From positions 1 to 30,196 of the IMG/VR virus record IMGVR_UViG_3300032312_001296: a stretch of 30,196 bases of DNA. One strand, 5' to 3'. The position numbers and the translations under genes were made by a program. Below the pieces are notes generated by a model, which was not told where the DNA came from, made no database searches, and saw only the letters and a program-made list of their open reading frames with translations. Numbering within the stretch: the stretch's first letter is position 1; each line of letters begins with the position of its first letter. Positions 1 through 6,786 of this stretch are shown piece by piece. The DNA comes from a virus (lineage: Duplodnaviria > Caudoviricetes).

Positions 1-123
1 GCCCACTTAATAGCATGAATCATTTTCTTATCTATTATGCAATTTTGGAAAACCATTTTCACCCCTAACAATCATCTGGCAATTTTGAAGCTTTTCATTT
101 GCGTTTTTAGCATCATAAAAAGA
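1..123 (+). repeat. Terminal direct repeat, left copy
   Basis: gcccacttaa...cataaaaaga is identical to 30074-30196; probably assembly overlap. Confidence 0.97.
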
Positions 124-198
124 CGAATCAACACCTTGAATAAATCCCACTCTATAAAAGAATGGGATTGATACTAATAATATAATTTTAAAAAACAT
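28..198 (-). CDS. Small hypothetical membrane/secreted protein
   Basis: ORF 28..222; likely start ATG at 198 (MFFKIILLVSIPFF, hydrophobic N-terminus); overlaps the start of the protease gene across the junction. Confidence 0.55.
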   Translation of the reverse strand: MFFKIILLVSIPFFYRVGFIQGVDSSFYDAKNANEKLQNCQMIVRGENGFPKLHNR

Positions 199-283
199 AC
201 TTAATGTCTTTTTCAGGGTCAAGGTCTATCAAAAGATCAGAATTAAAAGGTCTACACATAGCCTTTCCTGAAGAAGTTTTACC

Positions 284-559
284 TTAATAAGTCCAGTCTG
301 ACCCATCCTCTACCAGTACAAACATAGTCCCAACATGAACATCTGATGACATTAAATCACCTATTGTCTTTGGTTCATTTTCTCGGTGCTTTCCTGCAAA
401 TGTTTCAATAAGTGCCGGAACAATATAAACCGGGACGCTATGAAGCGAGAAAAGAAATTCTCTTATCTCACTCGATGTTGTTCTAAAGCTGGCCAAGAGT
501 TCTTTTACTTGTTTTGGTTTTTCTTGAATTTCTTTGGATAGGTCTCTCAAAGTTCTCAT
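284..559 (-). CDS. Hypothetical protein
   Basis: 91-aa ORF with AAAGGGG SD-like site, in the leftward operon. Confidence 0.75.
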   Translation of the reverse strand: MRTLRDLSKEIQEKPKQVKELLASFRTTSSEIREFLFSLHSVPVYIVPALIETFAGKHRENEPKTIGDLMSSDVHVGTMFVLVEDGSDWTY

Positions 560-580
560 TTATACCCCTTTGGTTTAATA

Positions 581-895
581 TTATGCTGCGTCTTTGTTGC
601 CTAAAAATGAAAACGTAGTAACGATAAATTGGAAACGCTCGATGTTAGAGTCATCTTTATAAGTGTCAATCTGACAATCAAGGTAAACTAACTTACCGTC
701 CTCTAAATATTTATAAAGAATCTCAGCGGCCTGAGCATAGGCGACTATAGGAAGAAAGCAAACTTTATCTTTTCCCTCTTTATGCTCTCTCCAAACACGA
801 AGAACAAACTTTAAAAACGGTTTACCATTCTTAGTCTGTTTCATTTCCATTCCGTAACACGCACCTAGTAAAGTAGCTTTAGACACTGCAATCAT
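581..895 (-). CDS. ssb: Single-stranded DNA-binding protein (OB fold), short form
   Basis: SSB pattern KATLLG..KQTKNGKPFLKFVL..FLPIVAYAQAAEILYKYLEDGKLVYLDCQIDT; lies near ERF. Confidence 0.85.
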   Translation of the reverse strand: MIAVSKATLLGACYGMEMKQTKNGKPFLKFVLRVWREHKEGKDKVCFLPIVAYAQAAEILYKYLEDGKLVYLDCQIDTYKDDSNIERFQFIVTTFSFLGNKDAA

Positions 896-911
896 TTATC
901 TTCCTTTATTA

Positions 912-1043
912 TTAAAAAGACCTAGACTGAAACCTGAACCTAGACCAAGACCCAGACGCAGACCTAGACCAAGACCAAGACCCAGACGCAGACCTAGACC
1001 AAGACTGAAACCAAGACCATTTTTGCTTTTTTCTTCTAATCAC
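912..1043 (-). CDS. 43-aa Ser/Trp/Arg repeat peptide MIRRKKQKWSWFQSWSRSASGSWSWSRSASGSWSRFRFQSRSF (not in ORF track)
   Basis: GTG start overlaps the TGA of the upstream gene (GTGA coupling); ends with TAA TAA TAA in frame. Confidence 0.65.
   Translation of the reverse strand: MIRRKKQKWSWFQSWSRSASGSWSWSRSASGSWSRFRFQSRSF
918..1019. repeat. Degenerate hexamer tandem repeat (AGACCW-like) with a 30-bp higher-order duplication
   Basis: tagaccaagacccagacgcagacctagaccaagaccaagacccagacgcagacctagaccaagac. Confidence 0.9.
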
Positions 1044-1306
1044 TTTAATATACCAAAACTTTCTATGCAGCTTTTCTGGATAAAAAACTCAGGCACATTT
1101 AGGCTTTGTTCGTCTCTGTATTTCTCTTCAGTAAATGCGCCAGTTTCATAAACAATAGCAGGATTACTAATTAACACGCACGTATCACTAATCCCTATTA
1201 ACTCCCCAACATAAATGTAATTTAAACAAAAGAAAGTAACTCTTTTACCCATGAGTTTTAATATGCCTTCATTTTCTATTTCTTGAACTTGTACAAGTTT
1301 TGTCAT
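1040..1306 (-). CDS. Putative Sm/LSm-like fold phage protein
   Basis: LMGKRVTFFCLNYIYVGELIGISDTCVLISNPAIVYETG matches the Sm1-type pattern; C-terminal FFIQKSCIESF resembles Sm2. Confidence 0.6.
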   Translation of the reverse strand: MTKLVQVQEIENEGILKLMGKRVTFFCLNYIYVGELIGISDTCVLISNPAIVYETGAFTEEKYRDEQSLNVPEFFIQKSCIESFGILK

Positions 1307-1309
1307 TTA

Positions 1310-1888
1310 TTAGCCCCTTTTATTAGATTCAGCGATTAAATCACTAGCTTCTTGTTTCGTAATATTGTCCGAGAACTTCACTCCCATCTTCTTAAGAGCA
1401 TTCTTTTGGGCATCAGAAGCAACGCCTAACATAGGTCTTTGCTGACCAATGCCCTCGACTTGGAATGTAGGTTTTATAACCTCTTTTACCGGTGCTTTTA
1501 CTGGTTGAGATTGCGGAATAGAAACTGAGTTTCCATCGTCATCTTCATCCGCAGTTGAAATACCAAGCAATGCCTGGAGTTGGTAACGCTTGTAATATGT
1601 GATAAGAGACCCCATCTTTTGTGGGTCTTGCAAAACAGGCATAACCATTTCAGAAGATAATTCTTCACCAGTTTCGTGAAGTAATTTAGTGACCAATAAG
1701 GTCGAAGCTTCAGATACTCTCATTGTTTGAACAATAGCGAAACCATTAGATGCTAGTGGGCTTCTAACAGCGTCTAGAATTCCTGAAAGGGTTAAATAGT
1801 CCGACTTAAAGAAGGGGTTTTGAGCGTCTTTCTTAATCGGTTTAAATTGTGAATGGAATTTAACGAGTGCTTGACTTAGATTTTTCAT
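1310..1888 (-). CDS. erf: ERF-family single-strand annealing protein
   Basis: KDAQNPFFKSDY, QDPQKMGSLITYYKRYQLQALLGI and DEDDDGN ERF motifs; C-terminal ASDAQKNAL..TKQEASDLI domain. Confidence 0.92.
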   Translation of the reverse strand: MKNLSQALVKFHSQFKPIKKDAQNPFFKSDYLTLSGILDAVRSPLASNGFAIVQTMRVSEASTLLVTKLLHETGEELSSEMVMPVLQDPQKMGSLITYYKRYQLQALLGISTADEDDDGNSVSIPQSQPVKAPVKEVIKPTFQVEGIGQQRPMLGVASDAQKNALKKMGVKFSDNITKQEASDLIAESNKRG

Positions 1889-2075
1889 TCTTTACCTCTT
1901 TTAATTTAATATAAAATTTTCTAACAACCTCTTCGATTGCCTTATCTAGTTTTTCTCTTCTTAACCTTTTATAACAGGAGCATTGGGTTTGACTAACAAT
2001 TTCTTCTTCGTTATAAAATGCTGAAATAAGTTCATACTCTTGACGGCAAACAGGGCAACGTATTATTTCGCTCAT
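1860..2075 (-). CDS. Small Cys-rich (Zn-ribbon-like) protein
   Basis: CPVC...CSC; likely start MSEIIRC at 2075, ATGA-coupled to the upstream gene. Confidence 0.65.
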   Translation of the reverse strand: MSEIIRCPVCRQEYELISAFYNEEEIVSQTQCSCYKRLRREKLDKAIEEVVRKFYIKLKEVKNEKSKSSTR

Positions 2076-2242
2076 AGTGACCTTAAGAACTTTTGAAGAT
2101 ACCAACCCACTGGCCCATGTTCATCAGCTCCAGCGTACCAAATGCCTTCATGGTCTATTCTTATTTCTGTTATTTCAAACATAAAACAAATTTTGTCTTT
2201 CTCAAATATTACTTCCTGACCAATGGCAAAACGTGTTTCCAT
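2072..2242 (-). CDS. Small hypothetical protein (SH3-like beta pattern)
   Basis: Start METRFAIGQEV at 2242 after a GGAGG SD. Confidence 0.7.
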   Translation of the reverse strand: METRFAIGQEVIFEKDKICFMFEITEIRIDHEGIWYAGADEHGPVGWYLQKFLRSL

Positions 2243-2436
2243 TAAATACCTCCCAAAGAATAACAAAAATCTGTTTGGTATTTTGGGGCGCAATAGACAT
2301 TAGCCATATAACTAGACTCACCAGTTTGGGCGATCCTGGTAGCAATGCAATAGTTAAGAGCTTCTTCTCTTGAATAGCATCTTTGAGGTGTGTTCTTGCC
2401 ACATGAAATAAGTAGCAATAAAGCTAGTAACTTCAT
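2242..2436 (-). CDS. Small lipoprotein
   Basis: MKLLALLLLISC lipobox signal; four further Cys. Confidence 0.75.
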   Translation of the reverse strand: MKLLALLLLISCGKNTPQRCYSREEALNYCIATRIAQTGESSYMANVYCAPKYQTDFCYSLGGI

Positions 2437-2437
2437 T

Positions 2438-2623
2438 TTATACTTCTCTTTTTAATTTAGTACTGTAACAATCATGTATAAATTCTATATCCTCTTGATC
2501 GGATTCATCACACCATTCATTTGAGAAAGAACCATCCTCTAAAGCGTAAATGATCTGTTGTGTGGAATAGTTATCTTCTAAGTCTTTAAAATAATCCATT
2601 AAACCTTGAAGTCTAGTGCTCAT
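2438..2623 (-). CDS. Small acidic protein, first gene of the leftward operon
   Basis: 61 aa, Asp/Glu-rich; GAGG SD. Confidence 0.7.
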   Translation of the reverse strand: MSTRLQGLMDYFKDLEDNYSTQQIIYALEDGSFSNEWCDESDQEDIEFIHDCYSTKLKREV

Positions 2624-2652
2624 CTTGTACCTCTTTCGTTTAGTAGGTCTTA

Positions 2653-2679
2653 ATTATAGCACAATTCTGACCATGTAAA
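2653..2679 (-). promoter_or_regulatory. Leftward sigma70-type promoter
   Basis: Extended -10 TGCTATAAT (2661-2653) with TTTACA at 2679-2674; 30 bp upstream of the first leftward gene. Confidence 0.7.
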
Positions 2680-2756
2680 TAAGCTATTGTAATTCATACA
2701 AAGTACCATAAACGTACTGTACTAATATCGTACTAAGTATTATCAATGGGTTACAC

Positions 2757-2785
2757 TTTACAGATCGATTTTGCACTCTTATAAG
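2757..2785 (+). promoter_or_regulatory. Candidate rightward promoter
   Basis: TTTACA-17 bp-TATAAG. Confidence 0.4.
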
Positions 2786-2789
2786 AAAT

Positions 2790-3115
2790 AATGGGAACGT
2801 GAAAAATTGCCCTTAGTGATAAGGTGTCGAGAGAAACAGGCGCATAGAGAAATCTAGCTGTACTTGGTAAACGAGCGAGAAAGAACCAAGCGTGAGGCCC
2901 AAAAAGATTTATAAGATTGTGAGTAGTCTTGTTTAATCCGCTCTTGAAGAGAGAGACATAGTAGCAGGGAAACAACAAATAATCCTGTGAGGTAGGTTTT
3001 AACTTCTCCACTAAGAAAGAGAATAGTGATACCTATGGGCTAAAACGTACTTATCTTCAGTTCACCTCATTAAATGCTGTCGCATTTGGGCCATTGGGTA
3101 AAACCCAACGGCCTA
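2790..3115 (+). ncRNA. Candidate structured non-coding RNA or origin region
   Basis: No convincing ORF; at least seven stems can be drawn by eye (see findings). Confidence 0.35.
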
Positions 3116-3169
3116 TTGCTTAACATTGCATAATTTGACTTAACTAGAATTGATTGTAACTATTTAATC

Positions 3170-4141
3170 ATGACTAAGGTTACGTTTCATGATCTTGTAG
3201 TTCAATTAAAGGAACTTGCTAAAGAGCTTGAACGAACTCCGACTCAGTCAGAATTCATAAATGCAGGTGCTTCTAAAAGACAAATCGCTAAATATAAATA
3301 TTCTAAGATCGTTAATGCTGCAGGTTTAGAACCAAATAGACACGCTCAAACCACCGAACCAATTGAACCAGTAATAAGACCTCCTAGGATTTTATTCTAC
3401 GATATTGAGACTGCCCCTATAACTAGTTACGTTTGGGGACTCTTTGACCAAAACATTGGCCTTAATCAAATAGTCGAAGATTGGTTTATTTTATCCTTTG
3501 CTGCTAAGTATCAAGGTGAGACTGAGTTTCATTACTTTGACCAGCGATCTGAAGCACCCATCCAAGATGACAAAAAACTACTTATAAGCGTTCATAAGCT
3601 ATTATCCGATGCTGACGTACTAGTCGGTCATAATGCTGTTAAATTTGATTTTAGAAAGCTTAATGCTAGGTTCGTCAAACATGGTCTAGCTCCACTAAAC
3701 CACTTCATTCATATCGACACATTAAAGATCGCTAGAAAGCACTTTGCTTTCACTTCTAACAAGCTGAGTTATCTGGCCGAATATCTTAAGTGTGACTCTA
3801 AGAAGTCAGAACATAAAAGGTTTAGCGGTATGGATATGTGGGTGGAGTGTCTTAAAAATAACTTAGAAGCATTTCAGGAAATGGAATCTTATTGCAAGAT
3901 GGACGTTGAAGTTCTTGAGCAGGTATACAATAAGCTTGCACCGTGGGAGCCAACAATAAACTTCCAAGCTTTCTTCCTTGGAACTATCTGTCCATGTAGC
4001 CATACTAAGTTCTACAAGGATGGTTTTAGATATACCCGACAAGGTAAGTTTCAAGTCTTTAGATGTCATAATTGTTCAAAGACCTTTACCGCTAAAGAAA
4101 ACCTTATTGATAAAGACTTAAGAAAGAGCTTTTTTAAGTGA
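3170..4141 (+). CDS. DnaQ/RNase H-fold 3'-5' exonuclease with N-terminal helical repeat and C-terminal Zn ribbon
   Basis: ExoI FYDIET, ExoII VGHNAVKFD, HIDTL, ExoIII YCKMDV; C-terminal CPC...CHNC; N-terminal LAKELERTPTQSEF resembles homing-endonuclease-associated repeats. Confidence 0.85.
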   Translation: MTKVTFHDLVVQLKELAKELERTPTQSEFINAGASKRQIAKYKYSKIVNAAGLEPNRHAQTTEPIEPVIRPPRILFYDIETAPITSYVWGLFDQNIGLNQIVEDWFILSFAAKYQGETEFHYFDQRSEAPIQDDKKLLISVHKLLSDADVLVGHNAVKFDFRKLNARFVKHGLAPLNHFIHIDTLKIARKHFAFTSNKLSYLAEYLKCDSKKSEHKRFSGMDMWVECLKNNLEAFQEMESYCKMDVEVLEQVYNKLAPWEPTINFQAFFLGTICPCSHTKFYKDGFRYTRQGKFQVFRCHNCSKTFTAKENLIDKDLRKSFFK

Positions 4142-4196
4142 TTTAGTCAGTCATTAATTTAGTTACAAATTAAGTCTTCATGCAATCATTAAAAGT

Positions 4197-4520
4197 ATGA
4201 AGAAACTTCCAAAATCTATCACAATTTTAGGTCGCATAATCCCAATTAAATGTTTACCGGGTGACAAGATAAAAGAGCTATATCCTCAATTCGAACATAC
4301 TCCACAAGGTCTATGGGATAGTGCTGATAGGGTCATCGTATTAAATAACCAATACCCTCTTAAAGATCAATTTTATACCCTCCTTCACGAATGCTTTCAT
4401 TCATCGTTTACCACCACAGGGCTTGATTTAATTCTTAATGCTGACCTTCAAGAAATACTGGTTCAAACTTGCGCGAGTGTTGCTGAAGACCTTTTATCTC
4501 AACAGAGAACATTAAAGTGA
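4197..4520 (+). CDS. Small HExxH Zn-metallopeptidase-like protein (ImmA/IrrE-like)
   Basis: GLWD...IVLN...TLLHECFH and a downstream E (QEILV). Confidence 0.7.
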   Translation: MKKLPKSITILGRIIPIKCLPGDKIKELYPQFEHTPQGLWDSADRVIVLNNQYPLKDQFYTLLHECFHSSFTTTGLDLILNADLQEILVQTCASVAEDLLSQQRTLK

Positions 4521-4765
4521 GCGTTCTGTTTATTAATACTGGTTATCTTCCTACCTATGACGAGTGGGTGAGGTTAGAAAATATTCAGCGTGAGATCGCA
4601 GGATGGAGAGCCGAACTAGCTAGAGAATGGCAACTTAAAAAATTTACAATGGGAGAGATTTACTTATCAAAGCAAAGATTTCATAACGGTGTAAGACAAC
4701 AATGGAAAATATTTAAAGGGTTTAAAGAAAAAGAAGAAAACACCCTTTACAATTTAGTTAAGTAA
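4517..4765 (+). CDS. Hypothetical protein
   Basis: 82-aa ORF, GTGA-coupled to the upstream gene. Confidence 0.6.
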   Translation: MSVLFINTGYLPTYDEWVRLENIQREIAGWRAELAREWQLKKFTMGEIYLSKQRFHNGVRQQWKIFKGFKEKEENTLYNLVK

Positions 4766-4774
4766 GCTTTTAAT
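4746..4774 (+). promoter_or_regulatory. Candidate promoter for the HTH gene
   Basis: TTTACA-17 bp-TTTAAT. Confidence 0.35.
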
Positions 4775-4799
4775 CACAAGCCTAACAAAGAGGTATGAA

Positions 4800-5099
4800 A
4801 TGATTAATCGCTCAAATCATTTAGCAAATCTAATCAAAACAAGACGAATCAAATTTAAATTATCTCAGCAAGGTTTATCTAAAGCTCTTGGTTATTCTCA
4901 AAAGCACGGCCAATTTATTAGCAATATCGAAATTGGAAAATGCCTACTACCGCCAGAAAAGATTAGAAAATTATCTGAAGTTCTTCACATGGATTTTATA
5001 CAAGTCATAGAAGCTATGGCCATGGATTATCAAAACAATTTAATTAAAGAGGTTTTAAAAGATGAGTCACCTATCATTCATTCTGAAGCAATTAATTAG
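4800..5099 (+). CDS. XRE/Cro-CI-type helix-turn-helix regulator
   Basis: IKTRRIKFKLSQQGLSKALGY...GQFISNIEIGKCLLP; GAGG SD. Confidence 0.9.
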   Translation: MINRSNHLANLIKTRRIKFKLSQQGLSKALGYSQKHGQFISNIEIGKCLLPPEKIRKLSEVLHMDFIQVIEAMAMDYQNNLIKEVLKDESPIIHSEAIN

Positions 5100-5235
5100 C
5101 TATGAGAAAACCGAGGAGGCAAAGCTTGATACAATCAACACAAAGCAAGGATTTCATAAGCAGGCATCAAGAATTTTATTAGCTCTAAACATTACTACAG
5201 CTAGAGAAGAACTAAAAGAAGTAGGTGAGAAATGA
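5062..5235 (+). CDS. 57-aa hypothetical protein MSHLSFILKQ...KEVGEK (not in ORF track)
   Basis: GAGGT SD; fills the gap; TGA overlaps the next ATG. Confidence 0.65.
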   Translation: MSHLSFILKQLISYEKTEEAKLDTINTKQGFHKQASRILLALNITTAREELKEVGEK

Positions 5236-5618
5236 ATTTAAAAGTGTCACCAAGTAATCCTGAATTATTAGTTGGAGATAGTGGGGAAGTTTACGTAAGA
5301 GAAACAGGAAAAAGACTAAATCTTATTAGAGACCATGGTTATTCAACCAATGGCCCTGTAGTTATTTACAAGACAAATAGAATTCACAGAAACTTATCAG
5401 TATCGAGGTTAGTTTATGAAGCTCATGTGAAAGGTTCAAAACTAACTGCAATGGATTATTTTGAGCATAAAGACGCAGATGATAACAATGTTTCAGCTTC
5501 TAACCTCGTCACTGTTTCTTTTAGAAGAAATAGAAAGAAACCTCAAAAGGTTAATAGGCTTCCAGAAGGTGAGAAATATTCAACTTGGATGAATGGGCAT
5601 TCAGAACTTTATTGCTAA
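5232..5618 (+). CDS. Degenerate NUMOD4/HNH-like protein
   Basis: VGDSGEVY, VSRLVYEAH, EHKDADDNNVSASNL resemble HNH_3; no obvious final metal ligand. Confidence 0.6.
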   Translation: MNLKVSPSNPELLVGDSGEVYVRETGKRLNLIRDHGYSTNGPVVIYKTNRIHRNLSVSRLVYEAHVKGSKLTAMDYFEHKDADDNNVSASNLVTVSFRRNRKKPQKVNRLPEGEKYSTWMNGHSELYC

Positions 5619-5634
5619 GAATTAATTAAATTTT

Positions 5635-5928
5635 ATGAATCAAATAGAAAAAATTAAAGAAAACGAACACGCCCAAAATGTCTTAAGTGTTGGGCCAAAC
5701 CCTTTAGGTAGAAGCAATAAAAGGAAACTTGATGAAATTCAAATTTTGACGATACTGACAATGAAAAACATGACAAAAACAGAATTGTCGAAGCATTTTA
5801 AAATAACCCTTAGCAAAATCAGCGAGATAAACAAAGGGTATATTTATAAAGAATTTCAAAAGTATAACAATGAAAAAGAATACAAAGAAGGAAGAGGGGC
5901 TTACCTTAAAATGCTATCAGTTAAATAA
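5635..5928 (+). CDS. Hypothetical HTH-like protein
   Basis: RKLDEIQI...TKTELSKHFKITLSKISEINKG. Confidence 0.55.
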   Translation: MNQIEKIKENEHAQNVLSVGPNPLGRSNKRKLDEIQILTILTMKNMTKTELSKHFKITLSKISEINKGYIYKEFQKYNNEKEYKEGRGAYLKMLSVK

Positions 5929-5951
5929 GTAACATCATTTTTAGGCAACTT

Positions 5952-6215
5952 ATGAAAAATTACAAGTCAGATAAGCCTTGTATAGTATGCGGAGAGTCTA
6001 AAGATGGTTTTGTTTGTTTCCATCATGTTAAAACTAGGAAGTCAGGCGGAACAGATGAGGAACATAATCTAATGCCATTGTGCGCTTGTTGTCACACAAC
6101 GATTCATAAGATCGGATTGGTTACGATGGCAAAAAAATATGTGGCAATTCATAACTGGTTAGTAAAAAATGGCTGGGAATTTACAATGGGAAAATGGATT
6201 TATAGTAAGGAGTAA
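5952..6215 (+). CDS. Small Zn-binding HNH endonuclease (DUF968/HNHc-like)
   Basis: PCIVCG...FHHVKTRKSGG...NLMPLCACCHTTIH. Confidence 0.85.
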   Translation: MKNYKSDKPCIVCGESKDGFVCFHHVKTRKSGGTDEEHNLMPLCACCHTTIHKIGLVTMAKKYVAIHNWLVKNGWEFTMGKWIYSKE

Positions 6216-6217
6216 TT

Positions 6218-6520
6218 ATGTTAAAAGTTAGTTTTTCTGAAACAATCGGAAAAGGATTATTAAATCGTAAAAAAGTTTATTTGGTAACAAAAAGACATGA
6301 AAACAATGATTTAATAATTTTAGAAACATTTTCAAAAAAAGAAGCTTATCTAAAAGCTGATTTTGAGGCTAAGAATAAAGCTGACCTGTCTAATGATAGA
6401 ATAGTTATAACTGAGTTTGAAAGGATTGGAGATGGATATTCAGTTTGCCAAAAATACATTAATGAAAAAACATTAAATAGAACTATTAACAGTAAGAAAT
6501 TTAATAGATTAAAAAATTAA
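6218..6520 (+). CDS. Hypothetical protein
   Basis: 100-aa ORF with AAGGAG SD; very AT-rich. Confidence 0.7.
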   Translation: MLKVSFSETIGKGLLNRKKVYLVTKRHENNDLIILETFSKKEAYLKADFEAKNKADLSNDRIVITEFERIGDGYSVCQKYINEKTLNRTINSKKFNRLKN

Positions 6521-6521
6521 T

Positions 6522-6767
6522 TTATAGTTCACAAGGACTAGGCTCATCCGAATAAATAATAATTGTCTCTGGTATGTTGTCGGGTGTGCCTAATTCCCAA
6601 TGATGGGCTTCAGCTTCCGATCCTTCATAACTTTCTGAATAACTTGATTCTATACTGGAATTAGTATTTTCTTCTTTTATACTGTAATCGGAATAAATAG
6701 CCTGTAATAGATAATCATTAGGATAGAAAACTGGCATTGATAGAATAAAAACTATAATATTCTTCAT
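6522..6767 (-). CDS. Counter-oriented acidic protein with hydrophobic N-terminus (moron-like)
   Basis: 81 aa, MKNIIVFILS; own promoter-like site upstream. Confidence 0.55.
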   Translation of the reverse strand: MKNIIVFILSMPVFYPNDYLLQAIYSDYSIKEENTNSSIESSYSESYEGSEAEAHHWELGTPDNIPETIIIYSDEPSPCEL

Positions 6768-6786
6768 TTTTATAGAATAAACCCTA

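Noticed and set aside
188-259. 23-codon minus-strand ORF MCRPFNSDLLIDLDPEKDIKYVF
   Set aside because: Has an SD-like site and fills a gap, but is too short to support without conservation data
918-1019. CRISPR or mini-array
   Set aside because: Contiguous hexamer units with no unique spacers; no cas genes
2202-2402. 66-aa ORF overlapping the lipoprotein gene
   Set aside because: Alternative frame of two better-supported, translationally coupled genes
2751-3011. 86-aa minus-strand ORF as a real gene
   Set aside because: Atypical composition, upstream of the leftward promoter, antisense to the stem-rich region; not fully excluded
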